Positions 1-11,000 of a stretch of DNA of 64,000 nt are shown piece by piece. The DNA lies in NCBI GenBank assembly GCA_000146465.1, contig CP001950.1; one strand, given 5' to 3'. The position numbers and the translations under genes were made by a program. Position 1 is the stretch's first letter, and every line of letters begins with the position of its first letter. Below the pieces are notes generated by a model, which had not been told where the DNA came from, made no database searches, and saw only the letters and a list, made by a program, of their open reading frames with translations.

Positions 1-423
1 GGAAGAAAAGTTCTCCAGAAGCATTTTGAATCTCTCATAAAAAGTCTTGTCTCAGAAAACTGGAAAAACGAAATAGAAAAGGAACTAAGTGCTTTGGAAA
101 GGGAGGTATCCCTGGCGTATAAACATCAAAGGAAAAGAATAGAACAAGGAATCCAAGATGCTCGAGCTGTCTTAAACTCCCTTTCTCAGGATGTAACCGA
201 ACTTCAGGATGAATATGAGAGAATTTTTGGCCTTCTTATNNNNNNNNNNNNNNNNNNNNNNNNNNNNNNNNNNNNNNNNNNNNNNNNNNNNNNNNNNNNN
301 NNNNNNNNNNNNNNNNNNNNNNNNNNNNNNNNNNNNNNNCAGGTCTCGGAGCTTGTCACTCACCACAGATGCCTTAACAATATACTTGTAGGATATGTAT
401 TTCTTCATAGAATATTGGAATAG
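1..423 (+). CDS. 5'-truncated ORF entering from upstream of the window, interrupted by the N gap; coiled-coil-like, unknown function
   Basis: Frame 1 is open from nt 1 (GRKVLQKHFESLIKSLVSENWKNEIEKELSALEREV...) into the gap; the frame after the gap is uncertain. Confidence 0.3.
   Translation, partial: GRKVLQKHFESLIKSLVSENWKNEIEKELSALEREVSLAYKHQRKRIEQGIQDARAVLNSLSQDVTELQDEYERIFGLLXXXXXXXXXXXXXXXXXXXXXXXXXXXXXXXXXXQVSELVTHHRCLNNILVGYVFLHRILE
240..339. other. Assembly gap (100 N)
   Basis: Run of n characters. Confidence 0.97.
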
Positions 424-654
424 TATGCATTGGAAAGGGTGGAGTAGCTTGCATCTAAGAGGACATCCTCGAAGTCCTGAGTGTAGTATTCTTGATTATT
501 AAATATAATTAAAAACTATGCATTGGAAGTATTGGAGGTTAATTATCCTTTTTTACTTGAGTGTTGCAAAGATATGCGATTATCAGGACTACACTATGGA
601 TCCAACAAGGAGGCCTTTCCCTTGTATGGATTCTGAAGAATCCCAGAGAGATCA

Positions 655-1173
655 TTATTCTTTTTTAGATTGACTTTCTAAGAACCTGTTCTGCACTTCC
701 ACCACTTCAGCACTTGACGTGCACTTGGAGTACTCCTCAAGAAGATCTTCATTTAACTTGTAGAATTCATTTCCATAATTAAATTCGTTAAGAATCTCAT
801 AGGCTTCCTCTTTGAAGCCACAGATATACAGCGAAGCACTCAGTGCCTCGGCACAGTTCAGCTTAAAAGGCTTGCCATAGTTTACCGGGTTTGCTGCAAC
901 CATAAACGGAAGAAGCCTGTTGTGCTTCCTTGGAAGCCTTTTAAAGTCCACAGAGTCTAACTGTGCCCATGAACAGTCTATAAGCCCTATTCCAAATCTT
1001 TCTATGACGTCTCTGTCTGCAGGAGAGATAGACTGATCTGCATCTGGAGAAAGAACCACTCCTTTGAAGTTTTTATTCTTTTTTATTGGCTCAATCTTGT
1101 TCTGTTTGATAAGTTTCTTCCCAGAACACTTTTTTGGATCGCACTGCTCAAACTCGTAGATTATCTTCCTCAT
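655..1173 (-). CDS. TSR3: Tsr3, 18S rRNA aminocarboxypropyltransferase (ribosome biogenesis)
   Basis: CDPKKCSGKKL, DCSW and AANPVNYGKP...LNCAEALSA motifs typical of Tsr3. The ORF-track start is TTG; the first ATG (MRKII) is at 1173 with GGG/CCC just upstream. Confidence 0.8.
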   Translation of the reverse strand: MRKIIYEFEQCDPKKCSGKKLIKQNKIEPIKKNKNFKGVVLSPDADQSISPADRDVIERFGIGLIDCSWAQLDSVDFKRLPRKHNRLLPFMVAANPVNYGKPFKLNCAEALSASLYICGFKEEAYEILNEFNYGNEFYKLNEDLLEEYSKCTSSAEVVEVQNRFLESQSKKE

Positions 1174-1204
1174 CCCAGGACTACCCAATTATAAAGACTT
1201 TATT

Positions 1205-2404
1205 CTATGCAGAAGAGACAGAAAGGTTCTTGCTATCCCTTTCCATACTTTCGTCAGGCTCCAGAATCCCCTCAACCATTTTTCTGAAGTTCTCGTACCC
1301 TATCTTGTAGATATTTCCCTTCTCTTGGTAAAAAGATGGCTCTCCCCCAACAGCAACCACCCTTGCATCCTCCTTTCTCTGTATTTCTTTGTACACATCA
1401 AACGAAACATCCTTCGTCGAAACCACCGTTCTTATGTCGAAACTCGAATATTCAAAGAAAAGAAGCTCGGCAAGAATCTGAGGAAGAGGACGGGCAGAGA
1501 CAAAGTAGACTGTCTGCTTTGTTCTATGGAGCTTCACAACAGAGTCGTATAGACGTGTTATTCGGCTTTTAAGTAGCCTATCTACACTGTAGAAAAGAGG
1601 CGTGCATGTAAACTTGAACCTTTCTGAGCTGTTAAATATCCTTTCAAACCGATGGTATTTGTCCCTCTTCAAGTTCCGAAGTGTAGTTGCTTCATGGCCT
1701 TCTCCTCCGTCTTCCTCACCCAAGCTCCCGAGGGTGATGATTCTAGAGCAACTGTTGTCGATGCAAAATAGAATGTCTCTGATCTCGGAGATTCTTCTTG
1801 ATGTCTCTTCCTTTGCCTGGCATCTTAGCCCTCCAATTCCAAATATGGGATCAAGATCAATCACAAATACACTTCGGACACTAGTCAACCCATCCTTGAT
1901 TTCGCACACCTCTTTGGTGGTTATTTCAGGGAGCTCAATTAGAAGTGACTTTATCTCTTCTTTTGTGTCGCTTGCTTTGTTGAATTCCCTCTTGATCATC
2001 TTGTCTCTTCTTCTGTCTGCTTCAATCTTAGATATTATAAATGAGTTTTCCGTATCTTCAAACATCTTCTCGTAATTTTTCATGCATTGGAAGTGCTTCT
2101 TCACATCCTCAAATTTCTCCCTCCTAATCAGGCCCATCTTATAGAGGTAGTAATATGTTGAGTACACATATTGATTGATGTTCTTCCTGTCCTCAATGGA
2201 GGGAACGAGTTCATCTGCAGGTGCCTCTACAGCTTCAATCAACCTTACTATAGCAGTGTTCCTTTTTGTCCCAAGTAAGCTTCGGACTTGGTCCCTTAGA
2301 GGCTGCTGGATCATCTTCGTTCTTATCTGCTCCTTGTTGTCATTTACAAATGCTTTGTCCTTGCATCTTTCCAAGAGATCCGAAATGTCCATTCCCTTTT
2401 CCAT
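1205..2404 (-). CDS. Hypothetical protein, 399 aa, with a vWA-like segment (VFVIDLDPIFGIGG) but no canonical MIDAS motif; family not recognised
   Basis: Long ORF with ATG start and a CCC motif upstream; I have no confident homology. Confidence 0.4.
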   Translation of the reverse strand: MEKGMDISDLLERCKDKAFVNDNKEQIRTKMIQQPLRDQVRSLLGTKRNTAIVRLIEAVEAPADELVPSIEDRKNINQYVYSTYYYLYKMGLIRREKFEDVKKHFQCMKNYEKMFEDTENSFIISKIEADRRRDKMIKREFNKASDTKEEIKSLLIELPEITTKEVCEIKDGLTSVRSVFVIDLDPIFGIGGLRCQAKEETSRRISEIRDILFCIDNSCSRIITLGSLGEEDGGEGHEATTLRNLKRDKYHRFERIFNSSERFKFTCTPLFYSVDRLLKSRITRLYDSVVKLHRTKQTVYFVSARPLPQILAELLFFEYSSFDIRTVVSTKDVSFDVYKEIQRKEDARVVAVGGEPSFYQEKGNIYKIGYENFRKMVEGILEPDESMERDSKNLSVSSA

Positions 2405-2467
2405 TCAAAGGGCTTTGTAAATTCCTGCTTTGTTGGTGCCTCTTCCCTCTTCAACCACATCATTCCT

Positions 2468-3100
2468 TCACTTCTCCAGAACAACAAATAGACTCTCCTC
2501 CTCAGGCCCATGGTCTAGAACCTTGAATCCGGAAGATTTGCAGAGCTCCACCAAATCCTCCATGCCATAAAGATGGTAGTATCTCTTGGCATCATCCCTG
2601 AGATTCCATGTTGCAAAATAGTCCTGTTCAGATCCTCCGATGATCTTCGAAAACTTCCTCTTTCCACTTACAGAACTTCCCCACACATATACTAGCATCT
2701 TGCCTCCATCTCTCAGGACCCTTCTCATCTCCTCCATCGCCTTCTTCCTCCTACAATCAGTACTAAGATGATGGATCACCCCGACACTCAGCACAAGATC
2801 AAAGCTACAATCTACAAAGGGAAGCTCCAAAACATCTCCTCGGATCAGCCCATAGTTCTTTACAGCCTTCCCGTCTCTCAAGAGACCCCAGCAGTAATCC
2901 AACCCGACTATTCCCGGCACCAGAAACGATCTTCCGTTTCCACATCCAGCATCAAGCACAATAGAATCGGCTGTCCAGTACCTGTCCAGGAAGGTTTCTG
3001 TCATCTTCCAATGCTTCCTCCTTGTTGCCGAAAACTCCCTCGAGTTTTCATTGTAGAATTTGTGTACAAACTCTCCTTCAAACTCGTTTGGATCTTCCAT
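2468..3100 (-). CDS. TRM9: Trm9-like tRNA (mcm5U) SAM-dependent methyltransferase
   Basis: FVHKFYNENSREFSATRRKHW resembles the Trm9 N-terminus; SAM-binding motif LDAGCGNGRS; MLVYVWG. Confidence 0.7.
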   Translation of the reverse strand: MEDPNEFEGEFVHKFYNENSREFSATRRKHWKMTETFLDRYWTADSIVLDAGCGNGRSFLVPGIVGLDYCWGLLRDGKAVKNYGLIRGDVLELPFVDCSFDLVLSVGVIHHLSTDCRRKKAMEEMRRVLRDGGKMLVYVWGSSVSGKRKFSKIIGGSEQDYFATWNLRDDAKRYYHLYGMEDLVELCKSSGFKVLDHGPEEESLFVVLEK

Positions 3101-3166
3101 AGTATAGGCTCAGAAGTCAATAAATATTTAAAAGACTCAAATACATATTCTTTACTAAGTTCTATG

Positions 3167-4546
3167 CTATTTCAAAAGGCCTTTGGCTGCCCTTCTGATC
3201 TCGGAATCCGAACTGTCGCATAGCCTACAAACAATTTCTTTTATGCCCTCGTCCATTTCCTGCGCATCTATTCTTTCCAGTGTGCACAACTTCACATTTT
3301 CAATCGGGTCCGACAACAGCTTCTTCCCAAACCCCGTTCCGTGGGCCTTATCAAAGGAGAGTGCTGCCTCCACCGAAGTTATCCTATACAGATAGGACTT
3401 TGATGAGGAGATGGCTTCTATCTCGGGGAGCCATTCAACCGTCCAGGGATATATCGAAACTAACTCCCCAATTACCTTGGAAGCCTCTGCCCTTACCTCA
3501 TACACCTTGTCCTTAAGATAGCCAAGAAGATGCCTTCCCAAAAACTCCTTGAGAAGCTTTTCATCCTGCTTCGAGGCACATGAAATAGACTCGAGGATCT
3601 CCTTTCTTGTCCTCCAATTAGGTGTGGAGTTGAGGGTGTTTATAAGAGGGATGACAATGCTTTTGTATGTATCCACCCTCTGGACACACAGAAGAGCCTT
3701 TTTAACTTCCCAACTTGTATCCGTGATAACATCCTTTAGCATCTCTTGAAACTCCTCTCTGTTTCCTATCATCTGGATGATCAGGGCCCGGACTCCAGGA
3801 CTACTGTCTTTCAGAAACAACGGAACAAGCCTGTCCCAACCTTCAACGTGCTCCATGTTTCCTGCAAGACATATTCTAATCTCCTCCTCAGGATCCTGGG
3901 ACAGATGTGAATACACAGCAGCTCGGTCGCTTACATTGAGCCTGCGAATCTCCTTAGCAATTGCATACCTTCTCCTCCAGGATTTCGATGTGCATATCTC
4001 AGATACAAACTTTGTCTGTCTCTTTATAAGGGGAATCACACAAGAACTTGCACACTGAATCCATTCCGAGTAGGAGCCATGCAGATCGTTCACAATCTCT
4101 ACAAGCTCGTCGTCATCAAATGGAATCGTCTTGTATTCCTCTAGCGATAACGCTGCTTTTCTAGCTACTGCTGCAACAGGATCCTTCAAGCATCTTCTCA
4201 AAGCCTCCTTTGCCTCCTTGTACTCCATGTTCACAATCAAGGATGGAATAGCTTGTCTTTGTACATAAAATGGTGATTTAAGAAGCTTCTTGATGAATCT
4301 GTCCACCTCGTCTGGAAAAGATTCAAATATCCTTCGAATAACAGGTACAATCCTTTCGGGCTCCTCAATAAGAAGAAGCTCACAAATGATTAGATGTCCT
4401 TTGTCCGGAGCAAGAGCAGCAAGATACTCGACTAACAACTCGTTGAGCTTTGGATCAACCCCAACAAGTAACTCTAGCTTTTCTACAGATAGATGCATCC
4501 GGCCCCTCAACTTTTCCACAAGGTTCGACACTTCGTTGTCAATCAT
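3167..4546 (-). CDS. HEAT-repeat protein, possibly a PP2A scaffold (A/PR65) subunit
   Basis: Repeated ~39-aa units with D..(P/W)(E/R)VR/K signatures (DSSPGVRALIIQ, DTSWEVKKALL, PNWRTRKEILE, KVYEVRAEASKVIG). Confidence 0.45.
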   Translation of the reverse strand: MIDNEVSNLVEKLRGRMHLSVEKLELLVGVDPKLNELLVEYLAALAPDKGHLIICELLLIEEPERIVPVIRRIFESFPDEVDRFIKKLLKSPFYVQRQAIPSLIVNMEYKEAKEALRRCLKDPVAAVARKAALSLEEYKTIPFDDDELVEIVNDLHGSYSEWIQCASSCVIPLIKRQTKFVSEICTSKSWRRRYAIAKEIRRLNVSDRAAVYSHLSQDPEEEIRICLAGNMEHVEGWDRLVPLFLKDSSPGVRALIIQMIGNREEFQEMLKDVITDTSWEVKKALLCVQRVDTYKSIVIPLINTLNSTPNWRTRKEILESISCASKQDEKLLKEFLGRHLLGYLKDKVYEVRAEASKVIGELVSIYPWTVEWLPEIEAISSSKSYLYRITSVEAALSFDKAHGTGFGKKLLSDPIENVKLCTLERIDAQEMDEGIKEIVCRLCDSSDSEIRRAAKGLLK

Positions 4547-4662
4547 TTCAAAGGGTTTTGAAACAGGAGAATTTCAGGTTGGAGTTATAGGACGGAATCC
4601 TATTCCATTTTCTTTTGTGCCATCTATCCTACTCCTTAGTTTGGAATAATTTTATCCATAGC

Positions 4663-5505
4663 ATGAAGTACAAAATAACATCGAAGAGACTTGATGAGAA
4701 GATCCTGGCAGTTCATGTGAACGGGGCTGTTTACACAGGCGGAACATCTAGGACATTGGTCAACCAGGATACTGGAGAAGTGATGTGCCGGTGCCGGAAG
4801 TCGATAAGATCAATAGCAAGCCATGGAAGGTACATATGCTGTGCAAGCTATGATTGCACTGCAGTGCTGTTCCACGACGGGAAGGTTGTAGATGTCATCG
4901 AGGGCCCAGACACAGAGATCAAATGTGTTGGATTTTCCGAGGATGGACGGTATCTAGCCATGGCTACACGAGGAAAGTCGGTGTGGGTGGTGAAGATAGA
5001 CCCCGAGATAGAAATCGACGAGATTATAGAGGATCATCTTCATGATGTAAAGGGTTGTGTGTTCCATAAGGGATTTCTATTTACATATGGATACGACAAC
5101 ACAATAAAGATCTACGAAAGGTTTGACTACGATGACTCCTGGGAACTTGTGCAGTCGATCAGTGAGAAAAATACAGTATGGTGTGTTATATTTCACGGGG
5201 ATAAAATGGTATGTTCCACCGAGGAAGGGACGATCAGCTCGTATGTGCTGAGAAATGGGTGGGAGCTCGAGGCATGCAAGAAGTTGTCGATATTTCCTAT
5301 CTATTCGATTTGTAGTGTTGGGAGGGATATGGCATACGTTTTGAACAGAAACAACATCGGGATTATCGACAGTAACCTGAACCTTACCACGACTATTGAG
5401 GATATACATGAAGACTTCATAAATGGAATTGCATATGATGAAGGACGAGGCAGGATAATCAGTGGAGGAGACGATGGGATTCTGAATGTGATCGAGATGT
5501 TTTAG
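4663..5505 (+). CDS. CIA1: Cia1/CIAO1 WD40 protein of the cytosolic Fe-S assembly pathway
   Basis: DTEIKCVGFSEDGRYLAMATRGKSVWVVKID...HLHDVKGCVFHK...YDNTIKIYE...SWELVQSISEKNTVWCVIFHGD parallels the CIAO1 blade pattern. The ORF-track start is TTG; the first ATG is at 4663. Confidence 0.7.
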   Translation: MKYKITSKRLDEKILAVHVNGAVYTGGTSRTLVNQDTGEVMCRCRKSIRSIASHGRYICCASYDCTAVLFHDGKVVDVIEGPDTEIKCVGFSEDGRYLAMATRGKSVWVVKIDPEIEIDEIIEDHLHDVKGCVFHKGFLFTYGYDNTIKIYERFDYDDSWELVQSISEKNTVWCVIFHGDKMVCSTEEGTISSYVLRNGWELEACKKLSIFPIYSICSVGRDMAYVLNRNNIGIIDSNLNLTTTIEDIHEDFINGIAYDEGRGRIISGGDDGILNVIEMF

Positions 5506-5658
5506 AATCCTTTTTTAAAAAGGCGATAAAATTTTGCCCCTAAAGAAAGGATGCAATTGACAAGGAAGACTAATCAACTGGCTATTCCTGATCTCTCAGG
5601 AAAGGTAACTGTGAAGGATCTACTGGAGGCTTTTTCGAAGTATGAAAAGGAAATGTAA

Positions 5659-6183
5659 GTGAAGATAAAGTATCCTTGGTTCGTGAAACTGAGCCATGAT
5701 GAGAACTTTGGGCAGATACTAACTTTTAGAACAAGCGTCAAGCTTAGCAAGCAAAGGAGATCAAGAGATGAGGATCTCAAGGTTGGATATGTTGAGTTTG
5801 AAACGGTTGAGGATACGGAAAAGGCCTATGGAGAGGGAAGCATCAAGGTTGGGGGAGAGATGAAGGCTCTACACTATGCAAAGAGAAAGGACCAAAGAAT
5901 GAGAGAACGGGTTGTTGTTTCTAACAAGAAGGTGTATATTTCTGGAATTCCCGAGGATACCGACAAGGACGAGCTTTCTGCACTCTTGGGAAATTGCAGG
6001 ATATCTGGAGGAGACAAGGGCAAAAGCTATCTTTTTGCAGAGTATGACAACAGCGAGGAACAGGAGAAGGCACTGAACAGAATCAATAACTCGAAGATCA
6101 AAGGCTCTAAGTTGTTTGCAACTCAAGCATATGAAAAGGCAAACATTGGAAGAACTGGTAGAAAGAGGAGCGATTCCAATTAA
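5659..6183 (+). CDS. RRM-type RNA-binding protein; the ORF lacks an in-frame ATG until 5860
   Basis: Two RNP1-like segments (KVGYVEFETVEDTEKA and KSYLFAEYDNSEEQEKA) plus RNP2-like VYISGIPED. The ORF opens with GTG immediately after an ATG-TAA. Confidence 0.5.
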   Translation: MKIKYPWFVKLSHDENFGQILTFRTSVKLSKQRRSRDEDLKVGYVEFETVEDTEKAYGEGSIKVGGEMKALHYAKRKDQRMRERVVVSNKKVYISGIPEDTDKDELSALLGNCRISGGDKGKSYLFAEYDNSEEQEKALNRINNSKIKGSKLFATQAYEKANIGRTGRKRSDSN

Positions 6184-6267
6184 ACAGGTTTTAGTTTTTA
6201 CACTATGTTCTAGGCAGTCCGTTACTCCTGGGGTTTGATTATATTTTTTCAGCTTTCTGGCCGTGAG

Positions 6268-7131
6268 ATGTCTTGCTTTGACTCCACGCTTGTGGTGGAA
6301 ACAGACGCAGTGAAGGATTTCAAGCTTCCCCACACACGGCAGATGATTCTTGTGAAGAATGTGTCTTCTATCCAGAGTTCCCCATTTCCCAAGTATCTCC
6401 ATGTGTTTGGTAGAAGCTGTATGTCCTATCAGCTTGCTCCATTCAAGTTGCTCAGAACTTTTGAGTACAGCGAAGATGTGATGGATGCAGTGGCCATCCG
6501 AGGCAAGATGGCTGTTCTCTCTAGAGACTCGATAGTTGTCTGGAACAAAGGGAAAGAGCAAGTTATTGCAGGGAAGTTTGATGGAAGACTCTCAGAAGTA
6601 GACGGGTGCCTCGGAGTTCAGGAACGGGCCAAGTTGTCGGTGTATTCGTTGGAGACGTTGGAGGTGATGAAGGTGTACAAGGCAAATGCCCACTGTTCAA
6701 TAAGAGACGTGCTTGTGACATCTCTGGATAATCTGGTTTCTTTGTACTTCAAGGGGGGAAAGATACTTGAGATTTCGATGCCGGAGGCAATATGTAAGCT
6801 GTGCACCGACCCACTACTTACAAACATATACTGTGGAACAGGTAGTGGAACCATATTCTGCTGCAACACAAGCAATGGAGAGCCAAGTAGTATGAAGTAC
6901 CATAGAAGCCAGGTTGTGGGGCTGGGCATAAGTTTCTGTGGAAAGTACTTGTACTCTGCAGACATGGAGGGTCTTGTGTGCATATGGGATACAAAGTTCA
7001 ACACGGTGGTTGGAAAAGTGTCCATGGAGTCGGAAATAAGGAGGATGAAAGTGGTATATGTCTCCGAGTGGAGAAAAGCTCTGGACACGCCAGAGGATGA
7101 TCTAATAATTCCAGGGGGGACAACAAAATAA
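6268..7131 (+). CDS. WD40-repeat protein, function unknown
   Basis: WD-like blades (YSADMEGLVCIWDTKF). The ORF-track start is TTG; the first ATG is at 6268. Confidence 0.5.
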   Translation: MSCFDSTLVVETDAVKDFKLPHTRQMILVKNVSSIQSSPFPKYLHVFGRSCMSYQLAPFKLLRTFEYSEDVMDAVAIRGKMAVLSRDSIVVWNKGKEQVIAGKFDGRLSEVDGCLGVQERAKLSVYSLETLEVMKVYKANAHCSIRDVLVTSLDNLVSLYFKGGKILEISMPEAICKLCTDPLLTNIYCGTGSGTIFCCNTSNGEPSSMKYHRSQVVGLGISFCGKYLYSADMEGLVCIWDTKFNTVVGKVSMESEIRRMKVVYVSEWRKALDTPEDDLIIPGGTTK

Positions 7132-7212
7132 AAACGGTGAAGAGACCAAAGGTTTTATTATATTGATCAGATATTTAAAAAGTACAGGACATACGTCTCT
7201 AGAGTAGTACAG

Positions 7213-7821
7213 TCAGCAACACTTACTATTAACCTTTCTATTTGGATTCCCGCGAGAGGAAAGAGGGCTGTCAATGTCCCATTTTTGGCCTAGTGCCTGC
7301 TTCTTAAGGAGGATCATTGCCATGTCTTCAAAGATGTTGTTTACATTTTCTCCTGTCTTGGCACTTGTAGTGTAGTACCTTGCCTTCATTTCATCTGCCT
7401 TCTCTCTGAACCTACCTTCCATTGCTTTGTACGAAGCGCTGTCCACCTTGTCCCTTTTGTTTCCAACAAGAAACAAGGGAACACCTCCAGTCTCTTCTCT
7501 TATACGCCCAAACCATCTGTCCACACACGAGAATGTTCTTTCGTCACTGATGTCAAAAATAAGGAGTATCCCGTCTGCATTTCTATAGTAGCTCTTTGTT
7601 ATAGAGAAAAACCTCTCCTGCCCGGCGGTGTCCCAGATGTTAAGCATAATGTTCTTCCCGTTCAGAACTATACTCTTGGAGACTGTGTCCACTCCAATTG
7701 TTGTCATCAAAGACTGCTTGAAGTCGTCTTCCTTGTACTTGTGGAGAAGACATGTCTTCCCTACATCGCTTTCTCCTAAGACTATTATCTTGTAGCGGTA
7801 GTCTATCCGTGGAGCAGCCAT
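7213..7821 (-). CDS. Rab-family small GTPase
   Basis: GESDVGKT (G1), WDTAGQE (G3), GNKRD (G4), C-terminal CC prenylation motif. The start was moved to the ATG (MAAPRIDYRYKIIVLG); CCCC upstream. Confidence 0.8.
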   Translation of the reverse strand: MAAPRIDYRYKIIVLGESDVGKTCLLHKYKEDDFKQSLMTTIGVDTVSKSIVLNGKNIMLNIWDTAGQERFFSITKSYYRNADGILLIFDISDERTFSCVDRWFGRIREETGGVPLFLVGNKRDKVDSASYKAMEGRFREKADEMKARYYTTSAKTGENVNNIFEDMAMILLKKQALGQKWDIDSPLSSRGNPNRKVNSKCC

Positions 7822-8006
7822 TCTGATTAGGGGCTTTGCTGTTATTTGCAATTGATCCTATCCTAGAAACCTGATTCTTTGTGATTGAGGTATTTGCAGC
7901 AGGCAGGCCAAGATGAGTCAAAACAAACCAATGTGTGATGTGATCTCCTTAAGAACAAATAAAAGAAAATTGACATCGATATAATAGGAAGCCGAGAATA
8001 AGGGTT

Positions 8007-11000
8007 ATGACGGATTTGATGGGGAGATTTCGGCACATATCGAAGGAACAGAGAAGAAGATACCCTCCCAACATTATAAGGAACCAGAAGTACAAGTGGT
8101 ATACGTTTATATTTGCGGTTCTTAGGCTGCAGTTCAGCCACTTCTTCAATACATTTCTTTTTTTTGTGTGCATGACGCAGTTGAAGAAAGAGTATCTTGT
8201 GTCCTCTCTTGTGGCTTCTGTCGGGCCCTGGGCGATGGTTCTCATGTTTTCACTTTTCAAAGAGGGAGTGGAGGACTACAAGAGGTATGAGAGAGACAAG
8301 GTTACTAACAATCAGTTGTACGCAAAGCTCACAAGCCAGGGGTTTGTCCGGGTGCCCAGCTCTCGGATAGAAGTTGGAGATCTGATCCTTCTGGAGAAGA
8401 ATGAGCGTGTTCCTGCAGATATGGTTCTCTTGAAGGCTTCAGACGTGTCTGGAAATGTGTTTGTAAGAACAGACCAGCTGGATGGAGAGACGGACTGGAA
8501 GTTGAAGTTGTCGATTCCAAGGATACAGTCAGCAACATTTGACGAGGTTCGGAGATTGAGTATACTTGCAGAGCAACCAAACAAAAACATATACTCATTT
8601 GTAGGGAAGATTAAGATAGGAAGATTTTCACCGGAAGAGCTTGAGGAAGTTGAAGAAGAAGATGGAGAGAAAGAAAGGTTTGCAAGCTGGCTGGAAAGGT
8701 TTTTAGAGTTTGACTTTGGTAGAGAGGAGTCGGAAGCTGACGAGATGGAGAAGCCTAGAGACGTCTCTTGGGTCTATTCCTCGTCTACCCAGAGCAGTGA
8801 GGAGAATGGGTCTCGAGAGAACAGTCTGAAGACCCCTAGCGAGGTAAGTGAGAATTCTGTCTCTTCGGAGACGGCAGAAGGCCTTGAAGTGGGAAACGAA
8901 AGCAACATAGGAAGCGAAGCAGGGGACATTGATGCAAGTTTGAGAGACCAAGAGGGAGGAGAGAACATTGCTGAGGTGCTTAACTGCGAGAATATGCTAT
9001 GGATGAATACAGTTGTTGCAACATGCTCAGTTCTTGGGTGTGTTGTATACACGGGAAAGGATGCAAAAGCAATGCTCAACACCACTCAGCCAAGAAATAA
9101 GATAGGAAAAATAGAACTGGAGTTGAACGGATATATGAAGGTGCTAGGGATTGGATGCATGGTGCTTGCGGGAGTGTTTACATACATGCGGGGGCTTGAA
9201 TCAAGACCCGACATTATATTTATCCGGTTTCTTGTGCTGTTTTCGTCGGTGATACCTATTTCTTTGAGGATCACAGTGGATTGGGCGAGATACTGCTATG
9301 GGCGATACATAAGCAGGGATGAGAAGATAGAAGGAGCAATGATGCGATCAAATGGACTGCCTGAGGAGCTTGGGAGAGTGTCGTACTTCCTTACAGACAA
9401 GACAGGGACACTGACCAAGAATGAGATGGAAATGAAGAAAATACATCTTGGGACGATATGTTACACAAAGGAGCTAAACAGGGAGATCAGTAAGAATCTG
9501 GCCAAGGTGCTTAACAGCAGAAGCGATGGAAAAAAGGTGTTTTCCAGAGGTAAGAAGAACATCAACGCAAGGGTATACGACCTGGTCCAAGCACTTAGTG
9601 TTTGCCATAATGTTACACCTGTTGTTTCTGAGAACGAGGTAAGCTATCAAGCGTCAAGCCCCGATGAGGTTGCAATTGTCCAGTGGACAGAGTGTGTGGG
9701 AATGAAGCTATATAAAAGGGATCGGTCGACGATAGTTATAAGAGACCCTCTGAATGATGAACAAGAGTACCGGGTGCTCTATACTTTTCCATTCACCAGC
9801 GAGACAAAGAGAATGGGGATTATTGTAAGGTACAACGAGGAGATAATATTCTTTTTGAAGGGGGCTGATGTGGTGATGAAAAAGATAGTAAAAGGCAACG
9901 ATTGGGTTGAGGAAGAGGCAGATAACATGGCCCGGGATGGGTTAAGAACACTTGTCATAGCAAAGAAGGTTCTCAGCAAGAAGGAGTTTGAGACCTTTGA
10001 GGAAATGTACAACAAAGCGTGGATGAGTCTAGTCGATAGGGCTGAGGCAATAAACAAAGCAATGGAAACCATTGAGAACGACATGAGTGTTCTTGGGATA
10101 ACAGGGGTTGAAGACAAGCTTCAGGAAGATGTTAAGGTTACACTCGAGAATCTAAGGAATGCAGAAATGAAGATTTGGATGCTTACAGGAGACAAGATAG
10201 AGACAGCCATTTCTATTGCAAGGTCCTCGCGGATCTTCCATAGAGGAACCTCATACCTGGTGATCAGCAATGCAAGTTCTGTGGGAGATGTTAAGACAAA
10301 GCTTGACCTGCTCCGCGGCTCTGGATACAACTCCCTAGTTATCGACGGCCAAAGCTTGTCGTTTGTAATTGAGAGCTGCATGGACGAATTTATTGAGGTT
10401 GTCTCGGGGTTAGAATCTGTGGTAGGGTGTCGGTACACTCCCACACAGAAGGCGGCAGTTGCAAGAGAATTGAAGAGAAAGACCAAGAAATGTGTGTGCT
10501 GCATCGGAGATGGAGGGAACGACGTCTCGATGATAACGGAAGCAAATGTGGGAATAGGAATAGTGGGGAAGGAGGGAAACCAAGCATCGCTGGCTGCAGA
10601 CTTCAGTATAAATAAGTTTTGCCATGTGTCGGACCTTCTCTTCTGGCACGGGAGAAATTCGTATCAAAGAACAGCAAAGATAGCCCATCTGATAATTCAC
10701 AGAGGGCTTACCCTTACTGTGATTCAGGCAATTTTCTGCTCTCTCATCTACTTTGTCCCGGTGGGTCTTTTCCGAGGAGAGCTTCTTATGATGTTTATAA
10801 CAGTCTACACCTTTCTTCCAATATTTTCCATCATATGCTCAAGCGATATAAGCAGAAGCGTTGTCGTCAAGTTTCCAGAGCTCTACAAGGAACTGGTGGA
10901 GAACAAGCTCCTGTCGTTTAGACATTTTTCGGTATGGATCCTGATATCATTTTACCAGGGAACAATCATGATGATAACATTCTATCTTCTGAAACAAGAG

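Noticed and set aside
4854-5045. Arg/Gly/Cys-rich 63-aa ORF in an alternate frame of the CIA1 gene
   Set aside because: It is an out-of-frame translation of a GC-richer part of a supported gene.
8312-10700. Multiple 60-130 aa ORFs antisense to the P4-ATPase; similar antisense ORFs occur inside MCM7, RuvBL1, Nop56 and others
   Set aside because: They are fully embedded in strongly supported long genes on the opposite strand, with no motifs. They are typical spurious antisense ORFs.
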